This document shows, piece by piece, positions 21,022 through 38,218 of a DNA stretch of 64,000 bases. Made by a program: the position numbers and the translations under genes. Source of the stretch: the human T2T-CHM13v2.0 reference genome, Homo sapiens. The stretch's first letter is position 1. The number at the start of each line of letters is the position of its first letter. The notes under the pieces are model-generated. The model ran no database searches and was not told the DNA's origin. It worked only from the letters and a program-made list of their open reading frames with translations. The stretch covers positions 34,592,001 through 34,656,000 of the forward strand of contig CP068257.2 of assembly GCA_009914755.4 (NCBI GenBank). The letters run 5' to 3'.

Positions 21022-21706
21022 AGTCCAGTAAAAGGTGAAAACGGCAAAATAATTTTGGAAACAAAGGCAGTGATTCCCGGTGACGAAGATGCTTCGTTTC
21101 CCCCTCTGAAGTCTGAGGACAGTGGGATCGGGCTCAGTGCCTCGTCACCGGAGCTCTCTGAGCACTTGAGGGTTCCTCGAGTTTCTCTGGAAAGGGACGA
21201 CGTTTGGAAGAAGGGCGGGAGCATGCAGAGGACGTTTCTTTGCATCCAAGAGCTAATCGCCAACTTTGCCAGCAAGAACATTTTTGGAGTACAGCTGACA
21301 GCGTCAGGAGAAGAAAGCAAGTCCGAGGAGCCTGCAGGGAAGAGGGACAGGGATGGGACGCAGAGCCTGGCAGCCAATGATTCCAGCAGGAAGAACTCTT
21401 GGGAGCCCAAGCCCATCACTGTGCCTCAGTTCAAGCAGATGCTGTCAGACTTGTTCACAGCACGAGGGTCTCCATTCAAGACAAAAAGTTCAGAGTCACC
21501 ATCGTCTTCGCCCAGCAGCCCTGCCAGGAAAAACGGGGGAGAATGGGATGTTGAGAAGGTGGTCATTGACCTGGGGGGTTCCAGGGAGGAACGCAGGGAG
21601 GCCTTTGCCGCCGCCTGCCACCTGCTGCTGGATTGTGCCACTTTCCCTGTCTACCTGTCCGAGGAAGAGACCGAGCAGCTCTGTGCAACGCTCTTCCAGC
21701 TGCCAG
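21022..21706 (+). CDS. DOP1B: coding exon 10 (685 nt); Ser/Glu-rich segment [48 protein letters not shown]...[14 protein letters not shown](G)
   Basis: acceptor tttattttttacag|AGTCCA; donor CTGCCAG|gtgaga; 228 open codons; phase 0 in and 1 out. Confidence 0.9.
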
Positions 21707-22212
21707 GTGAGAGGCAGCCCTGCCGAAGTCCCTCTTTGGGAATCATACGATGAGGCGATTGACGTGGGTGGAATATCCCCTATCCACAATGCTAGGGACC
21801 AAATGTATTTTGGATTTCGGACTTTTTTCAGATTTTTGGAATATTTGCCTTACACTTACCGATTCAGCATTCCTAATCCAGAAATCCAAAATCCAAGAGC
21901 TCCAGTGACTGTTTCCTTCGAGCATCATGTCAGTGCTAATAAGGTTTCAGGTTTTGGATTTGGAATTTTCAGATTAGAGATTCTCAACCTATATTTAAAG
22001 ACTAGCTCAAATTGTGTAAGCCAAGAAGGTGCTATTGGCCTCATTTGTTCCCTTCCTCATTTGTAATTAGTACATTTTTGACTTGTGTCTCACCACATGG
22101 CAAAGTGGTAAGGGTGGGGCCTATGTTTTTAAACCCTGGGTGTCCAGCACAGCCCATCAGAAGACCTAGAACATGAGTGGCATTCAGTGATAGTAAATAG
22201 ACTATTTCATGA

Positions 22213-22919
<707 letters not shown>

Positions 22920-23376
22920 TCATAGTTCTGGAAGCCAGAAGTCCAAGATCAAGGTGTCAGCAGAGCCATACTCCTCCTCTGAGACCCTGGATGGAATACT
23001 TTTTGGCCTCTTCAGCTTCTGGTGCTGGCCGGCAACCCTTGGAGGGCTCCTCACCTTGCAGCTGCATCAGTCCCGTCTCTGCCTTTGTCTTCACAGGGTG
23101 TCCTCTGTATGTCCTGTCTTCCCTTGACATGTCCCTCTTACAAGGACACCAGTCATATTGGATTAGGGCCCACCCTAACAACCTCATCTTAATTTGATTA
23201 CCTCTGTAAGGACCTTATTTCCAAATAAGTCTCACCAGCGGGAGGTTAGCGCACTGCTGTCCAGGTGGATTTCTCAGGTAACTTCCCAGATCTAGGGTGC
23301 TGTAGAATCTGCAGACTGGGGACCCATTCTCACGTGGTTCTGCTTGTTTCTGCCTCTCCGGCTGGCTTCCTTTCAG

Positions 23377-23648
23377 GAGCCGGTGATTCCAGTTTTCCAT
23401 CTTGGCTGAAGTCCCTCATGACTATTTGCTGCTGTGTGACTGACTGCTACCTCCAGAACGTGGCCATTTCCACTCTGCTGGAAGTGATAAACCATTCCCA
23501 GTCCCTGGCGCTTGTCATTGAAGACAAGATGAAACGCTATAAGAGCTCTGGACACAACCCTTTTTTTGGCAAGCTGCAGATGGTGACGGTTCCTCCCATT
23601 GCTCCAGGGATATTGAAAGTCATTGCAGAGAAAACAGATTTCTATCAG
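23377..23648 (+). CDS. DOP1B: coding exon 11; encodes (G)[90 protein letters not shown]
   Basis: acceptor ggcttcctttcag|GAGCCG, chosen over the internal ctccag|AACGTG because only it keeps the phase (1 in); donor TATCAG|gtattt; phase 0 out. Confidence 0.75.
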
Positions 23649-24288
23649 GTATTTCCCACTGGGAACACTCTTCTTATGGCCTCCTTCTCCCCCTGAGCAA
23701 AACTCAGAACCGTATTGCTGGGGATGGGGGCAGTGGCCCACTTCTCTGAGAGTGATATTCTATAGGGCACTGGGCAGAGGCAGTAGCCTTTGGTCTTCCT
23801 CTCCCAGCATGTAACTTTCACCCTCCAGGAAAGCTACAGTGAGAGCAACTGGGGCCCCAGTATTCTGGGCCTGCCAGGACTGAGTGGAACCCCTGCCTGG
23901 GAGTGGGGTCTGGGTGGAGGCAGGGAGCCCATGACTCCTCCACTGCACTCACCTGGATTTAGCCTCTGCCACATCCAGCAGAGGGGTGGGAAGGTGACGT
24001 GCTGGTGGCCTGCCCCTCCCAGGAGGTGCAAAAGCCCTTGACTGGGAGCTGGGGAAAGAGAGCACCCTTTTGCTTGGCCACATGCACCAGAGTGGATAGT
24101 GACGTTTCCATGGAGCTAAGCTGGGGAAGGAAGGAGATGATGAGCAGGTCATGGCTCAAGTGCCATGACTCTTGCTGCTTTGACCGAAATGTCGTAGGTT
24201 TTCCGGAATAAATGTTTCTTTATTTCCTGAATGTCCTTTGGATAATTTCCAGACTCTAAATGGTTGGTTGTTGTTGGTTTTAAAATAA

Positions 24289-24736
<448 letters not shown>

Positions 24737-25119
24737 TGACTTTTGTACCACATTTCTTCTTCCTGCTAGAGTTGAGTCACATTAGATCTTGAATAGACAG
24801 AACTTGAAACCAGGACTGGAACCGCTATAAGCAGCAGTGATTAAGCAAGTGTCATCTTGGCCCTACATAGATCAGAGATCAGAAAATTTGGCATATTTAC
24901 ACTATATATAGGCACAGGGGAGAAAAAAGAAGAAAGAATTGAGACCATGAATCTTTGGAAAGGTACTCATAGAATAAAAGTGGCAGCATTAAATACATTC
25001 CTTTTATTTTGGGGCAGTGAGGGAAGCTTTTCCAAGTTCTTACTGAAGCCTTGATTTTTACTTTCATTTTCATGTAGTACATATTCAAGTACTTACCATT
25101 TGCCTGGCACTAGAGCATA

Positions 25120-25410
25120 CTTTTCTTTTTTTTTTTTCCTTGAGACAGAGTCTTGCTCTGTTGCCCAGGCTGGAGTGCAATGGCATGATCTTGGCCTCTG
25201 CCTCCTGAATTCAAGCGATTCCCCTGCCTCAGCTTCCCTGGTAGCTGGGACTACAGATGTGCGCCCTCACACCTGGCTAATTTTTGTATTTTTAGTAGAG
25301 ACGGGGTTTTACCATATTGGCCACGCTGGTCTCAAACTCCTGACTTCAAGTGATCCTCCCACCTCAGCCTCCCAAAGTGCCTTACAGGCGTGAGCCACCG
25401 CACCCGGCCA
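25120..25410 (-). mobile_element. Alu SINE, antisense
   Basis: Alu consensus match, antisense. Confidence 0.9.
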
Positions 25411-25424
25411 AGAGCATACTTTTT

Positions 25425-25700
25425 TTATTGACATGTAATAATTGTATATATATATGGGTACAATTTGATATTCTGACACATTTATACATTGTATGATGAT
25501 CAAATCATGGTAATTAGCATACCCATCACCTTAAGCATTTATCATTTCTTTGTTGTGAAAACATTCAGAACCCTCTCTTCTAGCAATTTGAAATACACAA
25601 TGCATTATTGTTAGCAGTAGTCACCCTACTGTGCAGTAGAGTACCAAGATTTATTCCTTGGAGCACACTTTTATGTACTGTACAGTTCTTGAGAGTTGAG
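25425..25700 (-). mobile_element. L1 (LINE-1) 3'-end fragment, antisense
   Basis: reverse complement of the L1 3'UTR motif …GTGACTATAGTTAATAATAATGTATTGTATATTTCAAAATTGCTAAGAGAG…GTTCTCACCACAAAAAAATGATAACTATGTGAGGTGATGG…; poly-T at the low-coordinate end. Confidence 0.7.
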
Positions 25701-26012
25701 GACAGCGGCAGCTAGTGCCTGTCCCTGTTGCAGATGCTGGAACTAGAGACACAGCAACCTTACCCATAGCCAGGACGTGCCCCCAATTCTCAGACTCCAG
25801 ACAGGGCTGTTGTCTGATCTTTCAGCCTTTTTTTAATCCTGCGGGAACAGCTCACATACCAGAGTTCCTGCTTCCCACAGTGCAAACAAGAAAAGGTCAG
25901 ATAGCCCAAGGGTGCCCTGACCTTTCTTATCAGGTAGTGTTGGCAGATTTCAGATAACTAAGACAACACCCAGAACAGAGGAGTAGAGTAAGGTTTAAAC
26001 ATGTGAAGGAAG

Positions 26013-26345
<333 letters not shown>

Positions 26346-27319
26346 TCAACTCTCAAAAACCTTGCAAAAAAATTTTTTAAACCTTCCGGAAGGGAGTCTC
26401 TTGCATATATATTTGCCATAGTGACAGCAAGGAAGTCGGGGGGGGGGCGGTCTACGTAGTCAAAAAGTTATATATCAGAATTCAATTGTAATGTGATTGT
26501 TGGAAATCACTTTCCCTTAGAGAAAAAGTAACAAAATAATGGTTAGGAGTTTGAGCCAGTCAGTGGTTAACTTGATCTATGCAGAGAAAGACGGTTTTGT
26601 TGAGTAGAAATAAATGGGCCAAAGAAGTTATTTGATCTAAGTTATGCCTAAAATACTCCAGTCTATGAGATATAAACTTCATATAGTCTATGAAGTATAA
26701 GAATGTCTTTAGAAATTTAGAAATTTCCCTCCCGGAAGTGGGGACCAGCCCTCCTTCTGGGTCTCACCCTTGTTGGGGCAGGCACACTGGCTCCTGCTCC
26801 CTGCCACTTGGCAAGGGGCTGTAGCCCTTTGCAGACCATGCATGTTTAATGAGCTCAGTTCAGGGCTGGGAAGATGGAGGACACGATTTGGGGGTATAAT
26901 AGTGTTTTGAAAGTGAGGCAGGCACCTGCCACAGCGTTGTGCAGGGAAAAGGGAAGAGTCAAGTTAGTGGAATTAAAGCTGGTAGGCGTGGCTCTTTATC
27001 CATGCTGCGTGGTAACCAATTCGAGCAGACCCCAGAGGTGACCAAGTGCTGTGGAGCTGAACCCCAGAATGAGTGATCTTGACAACCACTGTAAATTCAC
27101 CAAACTCCCCAGAGGGTACATCTGTGCATTCCCCAGTGCCTGCTCGGCACCTGCCTGTTGAAAGAATGCTTCAACCCCTTTGGTCCAGTTTCCAGTTAAT
27201 TCTCTTTCTGAAAGTAATGTTGAGGTTGAGGCAAGAGCTGCAGTGTTCTTAGTCGGCCAGAAACCTCCAGGTTTGACCTCCTATAACATTGCCTGCTGCC
27301 CGGATGACTTTGGTGGGTT

Positions 27320-27359
27320 TTTCCTTTTTTTCTTTTTTCTTTTTCTTTTTCTTTTTTTT
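27320..27359. repeat. T-rich (CTTTTT)n-like simple repeat next to the Alu tail
   Basis: tttttcctttttttcttttttctttttctttttctttttttttt. Confidence 0.8.
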
Positions 27360-27658
27360 TTTTTTTTTGAGACAGAGTCTCACTCTATTGCCCAGGCTGG
27401 AGTGTAGTTGCATGATCTCAGGATCTCAGCTCACTGCAACCTCCGCCTCCTGGATTCAAGTGATTCTCCTGCCTCACCCTCCCAAGTAGCTGGGATTACA
27501 GGTGCCCGCCGCCACACCTGGCTAATTTTTGTATTTTTAGTAGAGTTGGGGTTTTGCCATGTTGACCAGGCTGGCCTTGAACTCCTGACCTCAGGTGATC
27601 TGCCCCACTTCGACCTCCCAAAGTGCTGGGATTACAGGCATGAGCCACCGCTCCCAGC
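27360..27658 (-). mobile_element. Alu SINE, antisense; ends 178 nt upstream of exon 12
   Basis: Alu consensus match, antisense. Confidence 0.9.
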
Positions 27659-27835
27659 CTTTGGTAGGTTTCTTGCTTTATTTGTTGGTGATTTGTCTCT
27701 GAGCATGGAGGATTCTCACATGGCAAGTATAGGTGAGATCCAGTATGTCGGGGCTGGGACTGACTGAGTGAGGATGTGAGCGGATGTTGCCTGTGTTGAC
27801 CTGGTCCCCCACCGCCTGCCTTTTCCTTGTCCCAG

Positions 27836-27988
27836 AGGGTGGCTCGTGTGCTTTGGAATCAGCTGAACAAAGAGACCCGGGAGCATCACGTCACCTGCGT
27901 AGAATTGTTCTACCGGCTGCACTGCCTGGCCCCTACGGCCAACATCTGCGAGGACATCATCTGCCATGCCCTCCTGGACCCTGACAAG
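27836..27988 (+). CDS. DOP1B: coding exon 12 (153 nt, in-frame); encodes [51 protein letters not shown]
   Basis: acceptor ttttccttgtcccag|AGGGTG; donor GACAAG|gtgagc (strong); phase 0 in and 0 out. Confidence 0.85.
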
Positions 27989-28325
27989 GTGAGCCTTTCT
28001 GGCCGCCACCTCCATCCTGCAGCACCCCGGCCCCTGCTGTACGTGCCCTTAGCCAACTGACATCCATTCGGTCGAAGTCTTTCTGGGGCTGAGTGGACAT
28101 CGTGATTAATAAAATAAGCAGAGGTGTTCTAGGATTTCAGTACTGGAAGGCCACTAGAAGCATGAGCCATTCTTTTTACAGCCCTGGAAATGTGGTTTGT
28201 GACCATATTGAGGCTCACCAGGGAAACCTACCCAAACTTGCTGGAAGGACTTGCAGGGCTTCTGCAGGTGTTGGCAAAATAGGCAGTTGTAGGGAATTTA
28301 TTGTCCCTTTAAGAACTTATTGAAG

Positions 28326-28805
<480 letters not shown>

Positions 28806-29174
28806 TTATCGTCCTGGGTCTCCTTTGCAGTCTGTTGTGTCTCCTCGTTCTTTAAGACACTTGGGCCTGACACTTGCAAGGAAGCCATGCTCCTTTGTGT
28901 TTTCCTTTGGCTGCAGACCACAGGGGTGACCCTGGACTCTAATACTGAGTTCTGAATGTGCCGCTGTGTTAAAGTGAACAATCAGAGAGAGAGGATGCAG
29001 GTTCTCCTTTTCCTTCTGGCCGAATCAGTCAAAGGAGAATGCAGCGTCTTTGCTGTGGTTGCTGTCAGTTCTGCTGAAGTCTTTGATCTATTGTTTAAAT
29101 GGGGTTTATGGTGACTGAAGACAGTGGTCAGTTACAAAACCAAGTTCCTCACTCCCATGTATCTCCTCATCAAG

Positions 29175-29275
29175 GGAACAAGGCTGGAAGCTCTGTTTAG
29201 ATTTTCCGTGATCTGGCATCTGACAAGAGAGATCCAAGGCAGTCGAGTAACATCTCACAATCGCTCCTTTGATAG
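29175..29275 (+). CDS. DOP1B: putative coding exon 13 (101 nt); encodes [33 protein letters not shown](R)
   Basis: inferred mainly from the phase requirement between exon 12 (0 out) and exon 14 (2 in): open frame, strong donor GATAG|gtgagg, but a rare AAG acceptor (ctcctcatcaag|GGAACA); needs transcript evidence. Confidence 0.45.
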
Positions 29276-29395
29276 GTGAGGCGGCCTTCGTTATGATCTA
29301 CCGTTAACTCACGAGGAAACTCCACAGAGGTGCCTGCCCAACGTGTGGGGCTGGGGAGGGAGAGGAGCGTGCAGTTGAAAACATGAACCCATATG

Positions 29396-29690
<295 letters not shown>

Positions 29691-30338
29691 CTGACCCCTG
29701 CACATGACCCCTCCGAGCACAGCCAGTGGTTCCCATAAACCCCTAAGTGAATTTAGGCCAGACACATGTGAACACATGTTAGGAATTTTCTTAATTTGGT
29801 TGGGATGTGAGGAATCCTGGCATGCCCCGGGATCACCTGTGCAGCTTTTACGGCATGCCCCTATGAGGGGACTTTGCAGGGAGGTCAGATGGCCTAGACC
29901 TCCCCTGGAGCAGTGACCATACTTGGTGTGTGTGCTTGTCCCATCACTGTCTCATGCTTAAGAGGTGAACTTGATTGCAGCCCATTGTATTCCACATTGT
30001 TTTTCCCGAGTGCCTCTGAAACTCTAGGTGTGAGGCCAGGCACTCGGCCTTAGAGACACCAGCTGATTCTGATGCCTGAGGCCCAGGCCCAGACTCAGAT
30101 ATATAACCCATTTGGGGTGAGGCCTGAGCATTGGGATTTTAAATGCTCCCACTGGTGATTCCAACGCGAAACCAAAGTTGAGTCCCCATTGTGCTCATCT
30201 ACTTGGGTCTGGAAGTCCAGCTTGGGTGGAGGTCCTAGGGTACCTGTGTTGGGTGACGCCCTATGCCCAGTGTCTGCCACGGTGCCTGGCGCACAGGGGT
30301 GGCTGCGAGTGAACTCACTGGTGTGTTTCCCACTGCAG

Positions 30339-30555
30339 GTCCTTGTTTGTCGTGCTGGACAGCCTGGCCTGCACGGATGGTGCCATCGGTGCGGCAGCCC
30401 AGGGCTGGCTGGTGCGTGCGCTCTCCCTCGGGGACGTGGCTCGCATCCTCGAACCCGTGCTCCTGCTGCTGCTGCAGCCAAAAACCCAGAGAACCTCCAT
30501 CCACTGCCTCAAGCAGGAGAACTCGGCCGGTGAGCAGCCTGCACAGGACCCGAGG
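30339..30555 (+). CDS. DOP1B: coding exon 14; encodes (R)[72 protein letters not shown]
   Basis: acceptor tttcccactgcag|GTCCTT; two candidate donors, GGCCG|gtgagc at 30529 and CCGAGG|gtgagg at 30555; only 30555 gives phase 0 out, matching the giant exon. Confidence 0.75.
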
Positions 30556-30772
30556 GTGAGGGAGGAATGGGTGGGGGGACTGGACCTCAGCAGTGATAGC
30601 TGAGAGACTGAGGCCCACTAGGGGGTTTTGTTAGATGCAAATGGTACTTTGTAAATTGTGAGGACTTCGGCAATTTAAGGACCTAGTGATCTAGCATTTA
30701 GAACTATTAGGGAGTGGGTTTGCTGTTTTCACTGAAAAACCAGATTGTTTTGTTATTAAAAAAGGAAAGTTG

Positions 30773-31097
<325 letters not shown>

Positions 31098-31589
31098 TCA
31101 ACTACAAGGTAAGTGGTTTATTTTCTATCTGTGCTCTAAGATTCTTTTAGACTATAAAATCTTGTTAATCAGATTATCAGAAATGAAGAAGAAATAAACC
31201 TTTCAGTTCAGAGAACTTCCAGAGGCATCTTTAACACAAACATAAAAGAATATAGGTAGAAATTAGGAAAGAAAAGAAAAACTAAATAAGCCTGATGAGT
31301 CAATTAAACTTCAGTGATTAATATCTAATGCATTTTATGAACTAACATTACTTCCTACAATAGCTGTATTTAATGACTTCACAATTTTCTAAGGGATGGT
31401 TTGCAAACTTTGAGTGAGTTTGTTTAGCTTGAGGCAGAAATTTAAAAATAATAATAAGAAGAAGTACTGCATTCATTCATTCCAAGAAAAGTAACAGACA
31501 AGGCTATAAGAAGGTTGTAGTGACCTAGTCTAAGAAGTAAAAACCAAGGCCCAGAATGTGGCAAGACAAGGGTTAAAAAGTAAAGAAGG

Positions 31590-31938
<349 letters not shown>

Positions 31939-31974
31939 CTAACGCTGTTCGAGAAGTTGAAACCAAAGGAATAA

Positions 31975-32414
<440 letters not shown>

Positions 32415-32633
32415 TATCTCAATCTTATCTTACAGAGAAAAGCAACCCATTAGCTAAGTAAGCAGAGGTGTGTGAAATGGTTTCCTGTCTTTATAAGGCT
32501 CCTGGCCTAAACCTCTAACCTCTGGTTTTCCTTTAGGGGAAAAGCTGGCTGCCCTATCAAATAGGAAACATTTTATTGTTCCACATTGTAAGAAAGTAAA
32601 ACTGAAAGAAGTGTAAACAAAGAACCTTCTTAA

Positions 32634-33065
<432 letters not shown>

Positions 33066-33074
33066 TAGTTTTGG

Positions 33075-33212
33075 TATTTTTAGTAGAGATGGGTGTTTCG
33101 CCATGTTGGCTAGACTGGTCTTGAACTCCTGAGCTCAAGTGTTCCACCCGCCTCAACCTTCCAAAATGCTGGGATTACAGGCATGAGCTACTACGCCTGG
33201 CCTTCCTTGGGC
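33075..33212 (-). mobile_element. partial Alu, antisense
   Basis: TTTTTAGTAGAGATGGGTGTTTCGCCATGTTGGCTAGACTGGTCTTGAACTCCTGAGCTCAAG…GGGATTACAGGCATGAGCTACTACGCCTGGCC. Confidence 0.8.
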
Positions 33213-33569
33213 TTTAAAAGTTCCCCAGCACTACCTTGCTGCTTCCTCTAATCTGTGTTTCCTGCTGACCACAGAAATGGTCTGCTACCTCCGAATAGGA
33301 GAGAACATCTTTGCTCTGCCATTTTCTTTCTCTGAAAAAAATGATAAGTGTCCTGCTTACCCCACCCTATTTCTGTAATCCTGTAGAAATCTATTTTTAA
33401 AATACTGCTATGCACTTCAAGCAGCTCATCAATTTCTGATGTCTGATTCTTCTTCATTTCTTGATCTTGCTTAATGTCCATGGCATAGAGTTTTTTTAAA
33501 GCTCTTTTGTGTGCCTTTATCTTGTTTGATCATCCTAAAAACCTTATGAGAATGACAGATTTCTTCTTT

Positions 33570-33868
33570 TCTTTTTTTTTTTTTTTGAGATGGAGTCTCA
33601 CTCTGTGGCCCAGGCTGGAGTGCAGTGGCGCAATCTTGGTTCATTGCAACCTCTGCCTTCCAGGTTCAAGCCATTCGCCTGCCTCAGACTCCTGAGTAGC
33701 TGGCATTACAGGCACGCGCCGCCACGCCCAGCTAATTTTTGTATTTTTAGTAGAGATGGGGTTTCGCCATGTTGGCCAGACTGGTCTTGAACTCCTGGCC
33801 CCAAGTGATCCGCCCACCTCAGCCTCCCAAAGTGCTAGAATTACAGGTATGAGCTACCATGCCCGGCT
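33570..33868 (-). mobile_element. Alu SINE, antisense
   Basis: Alu consensus match, antisense. Confidence 0.9.
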
Positions 33869-34254
33869 CATGGCATAGATTTATTGAACACTGCTTATTT
33901 AAAATGTTTGGCAATATCAAAGACTTTTGACTCACTAATTTTTTTTTCCTTTTCTTCTTTTTTTTTTTTTTTTAAATAGGCAGTGGTCAGTGGCCTATTT
34001 GACTTCTCCTAAAAAAGACTTGAATATTTTAAAGTGTCATACGTTTTCTGATTATAGAAGTACTAACATGGTTAGTTTTAAAATGGAAATAATGAGGACA
34101 TAAAAACCTAAGTGGAAGTCCTTTGTAATGCTAGTTGATAGAACTAGGGATTGTTAATGGCTTGCAGGTAGTCTCCCAGACTTTCCTAGTGGCTGTGTAT
34201 TATACATACTCTCTCCTAACTGGGCTCATTCTACATAATACTCTTCTGCTGCTT

Positions 34255-34595
<341 letters not shown>

Positions 34596-34606
34596 ATTTT
34601 TCCTTT

Positions 34607-34918
34607 CCTTTTTTTTTTTTTTTTTTTTTTTTTTGAGACAGAGTCTCACTCTGTTGCCTAGTCTGGAGTGTAGTGGCATGATTTCAGCTCACTGCAACTT
34701 CCATCTTTCAGGTTCAAGTGATTCTCCTGTCTCAGTCTCCCACGCTGGGACTATGGGCACGCACCACCACGTCCAGCTAATTTTTGTATTTTTAGTAGAT
34801 GGAGTTTCTCCATGTTGGCCAGGCTGGTCTCAAACTCCTGACCTCAGGTGATCTGCCCTCCTAGGCCTCCCAAAGTGCTGGGATTACAGGCATGAGCCAC
34901 CATGCCACCACACCCAGC
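34607..34918 (-). mobile_element. Alu SINE, antisense
   Basis: Alu consensus match, antisense, with a long poly-T. Confidence 0.9.
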
Positions 34919-34980
34919 CTCCAGTTTGTCTTTATACACATGTGACATTTCGGTGAATATCCACATCCTTATGGCTTTGA

Positions 34981-35313
<333 letters not shown>

Positions 35314-35636
35314 CAGGAGACATTTCTTGAAAGAGAATTCCTAGGAAAAAATAATACGTATTTTTAAAAATTGCTCCCCTCCAAAAAATTAAAATACTTA
35401 AGTTTACTATAACAATGTAACTAAATGATCCCACCCTTGAACATTCTGTAAAACCTATCCACCTTCCTTTGTCTACTTTTGTCTGTAATGTAAACCGGAC
35501 TCTGGTGGTGGTGTTTCATGTGAGAATTTTAGGAATATTGATCTTTCTGTCTGGCTTTAAGACAAAGACCGCCCTACAGCTAATGTATCATAGCTGACCC
35601 TTCTGTCTAAAGTCATTTGTCATCTTGTAATTTTCA

Positions 35637-37267
35637 GATGACTTGCACCGTTGGTTTAACAGGAAGAAAACCTCTTTCAGAGAGGCATGCGCAGTGCCCG
35701 AGCCTCAGGAGAGCGGCTCTGAAGAGCACCTGCCTCTGAGCCAGTTCACCACAGTGGACCGTGAAGCCATTTGGGCCGAAGTGGAGAAGGAGCCCGAGAA
35801 GTACCCGCTGCGAGGCGAGCTGAGCGAGGAAGAGCTGCCCTACTACGTGGAGCTTCCAGACAGGACGGCCCACGGCGCCCCGGACAGCAGCGAGCACACC
35901 GAGTCTGCAGATACAAGCTCCGGCCACACGGACAGCGAGAACACGTCCTCCTTCTCCTCCCCTTCCCACGACCTGCAGGAGCTGAGCAACGAAGAGAACT
36001 GCTGTGCACCCATCCACATGGGGGGCAGGGCGTACCCCAAGCGCTCGGCCCTGCTGGCGGCCTTCCAGTCAGAAAGCTTCAAGGCTGGGGCCAAGTTAAG
36101 CCTGGTGCGGGTGGACTCGGACAAGACGCAGGCTTCTGAGTCGTTCTCCAGCGACGAGGAGGCGGACTTGGAGCTCCAGGCCCTCACCACATCCAGGCTG
36201 CTAAAGCAGCAGCGGGAAAGGCAGGAGGCCGTCGAGGCCTTGTTCAAGCACATCCTGCTCTACCTGCAGCCCTACGACTCTCGGCGGGTCCTCTATGCCT
36301 TCTCGGTGCTGGAGGCTGTGCTCAAAACCAACCCTAAGGAATTCATCGAGGCTGTGTCCAGGACTAGCATGGATACCAGCTCCACCGCGCACCTCAACCT
36401 CATCTCCAACCTCCTCGCTCGCCACCAGGAGGCCCTCATTGGCCAGAGTTTCTACGGAAAGCTCCAGACCCAGGTCCCCAACGTGTGCCCCCACTCTCTG
36501 CTCCTGGAGCTGCTCACCTACCTCTGCCTGAGCTTCCTGCGCTCCTACTACCCTTGCTATTTGAAGGTCTCGCACCGAGACATTCTCGGCAACCGGGACG
36601 TGCAGGTCAAAAGTGTCGAGGTTTTGATCAGGATAATGATGCAGCTGGTCTCAGTGGCCAAGTCTTCGGAAGGGAAGAACGTGGAGTTCATCCACAGCTT
36701 GCTGCAGAGGTGCAAAGTTCAGGAGTTTGTCCTGCTCTCCCTGTCGGCGTCCATGTACACGAGCCAGAAGCGCTACGGGCTGGCCACCGCCCACCACGGC
36801 AGGGCCCTGCCAGAGGACAGCCTCTTTGAGGAGAGTCTCATTAACTTGGGTCAGGACCAGATCTGGAGTGAGCACCCGCTGCAGATTGAGCTGCTGAAGC
36901 TGCTGCAGGTGCTGATTGTCTTGGAACACCACCTGGGTCGGGCCCATGAGGAGGCGGAAAACCAGCCCGACCTGTCCCGGGAGTGGCAGAGAGCCCTGAA
37001 CTTCCAGCAGGCCATCAGCGCCCTGCAGTACGTGCAGCCCCACCCCCTCACCTCCCAGGGTCTTCTGGTCTCTGCGGTGGTGAGGGGTCTGCAGCCCGCC
37101 TACGGTTACGGCATGCATCCGGCCTGGGTGAGCTTGGTCACGCATTCCTTGCCCTACTTCGGAAAGTCCCTGGGCTGGACGGTGACACCCTTTGTTGTCC
37201 AGATTTGCAAAAACTTGGATGACTTGGTCAAGCAGTATGAAAGCGAATCTGTGAAGCTCTCTGTCAG
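35637..37267 (+). CDS. DOP1B: giant internal coding exon 15 (about 1.63 kb, 543 codons); acidic/Ser-rich N-terminal part (…[95 protein letters not shown]…) then an ordered region (…[22 protein letters not shown]…[23 protein letters not shown])
   Basis: acceptor tcttgtaattttcag|ATGAAC; 1,662-nt ORF in the supplied track (35643..37304); donor CTCTGTCAG|gtgcgt leaves phase 2, matching exon 16; GC- and CpG-rich. Confidence 0.9.
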
Positions 37268-37326
37268 GTGCGTTACGCTCCTTGTGACATCTTTATTGCT
37301 TTAGTGATGGTTTTTATAACGAATGA

Positions 37327-37869
<543 letters not shown>

Positions 37870-38106
37870 TGAATCATCTTCACAGAAATTCTAAAACATT
37901 GAAACCATTTTTCCAAAGTGACTATATGAATGTAAAATCACACAAAGGATGGTTAACATTATTATAATGATATTCTATGACGAGAGCTCCAGTTTATTTG
38001 GGATGGTGATCTCTCTCTAGTTCCTGTGTTTATATATAGGATTAGAAACCCTTATGGCCTCATTCTTTAAAAATTCTCAAACCAGTTTCTCTTTTCTTCA
38101 CCACAG

Positions 38107-38218
38107 CACAACCTCCAAGAGGGAAAACATTTCTCCAGATTATCCACTCACCCTTCTAGAAGGTCTAACGACCATTAGTCATTTTTGTCTTTTGGAACAA
38201 GCCAACCAAAACAAAAAG
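38107..38218 (+). CDS. DOP1B: coding exon 16; encodes (S)[37 protein letters not shown]
   Basis: acceptor ttttcttcaccacag|CACAAC; donor AAAAAG|gtaaat; phase 2 in and 0 out. Confidence 0.8.

Noticed and set aside
21353-22066. 237-aa ORF overlapping exon 10 in another frame
   Set aside because: It is an out-of-frame read-through of GC-rich exon 10 plus intron, with an Arg/Ser/Pro-rich translation and no independent splice signals.
23457-23648. Alternative acceptor ctacctccag|AACGTG for exon 11, as suggested by the ORF-track frame
   Set aside because: Starting here requires phase 0 in, but exon 10 ends in phase 1. With the phase set by exon 10, starting here reads into a TGA stop within 11 codons. 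The upstream acceptor at 23376/23377 restores the frame.
30529-30530. Proximal donor GGCCG|gtgagc for exon 14
   Set aside because: It leaves phase 1, which cannot join the giant exon's frame without a stop. The distal donor at 30555 gives phase 0. The proximal site is kept only as a possible minor or NMD isoform.
35637-35645. ATG at the start of the giant exon (ATGAACTTGCACCGT…) as a possible translation start
   Set aside because: The exon is entered in frame from exon 14 through a good acceptor and the upstream exons are clearly coding. The ATG is an internal Met codon, not an initiation site.
36651-37145. Long antisense ORFs inside the giant exon (164 aa at 36651-37145, 136 aa at 35843-36253, 124 aa at 36201-36575, 127 aa at 35634-36017)
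   Set aside because: They lie wholly within a GC-rich sense coding exon and have Arg/Gly/Pro/Ala-rich low-complexity translations with no splice-site context. They are a typical by-product of GC-rich coding sequence, not overlapping genes.
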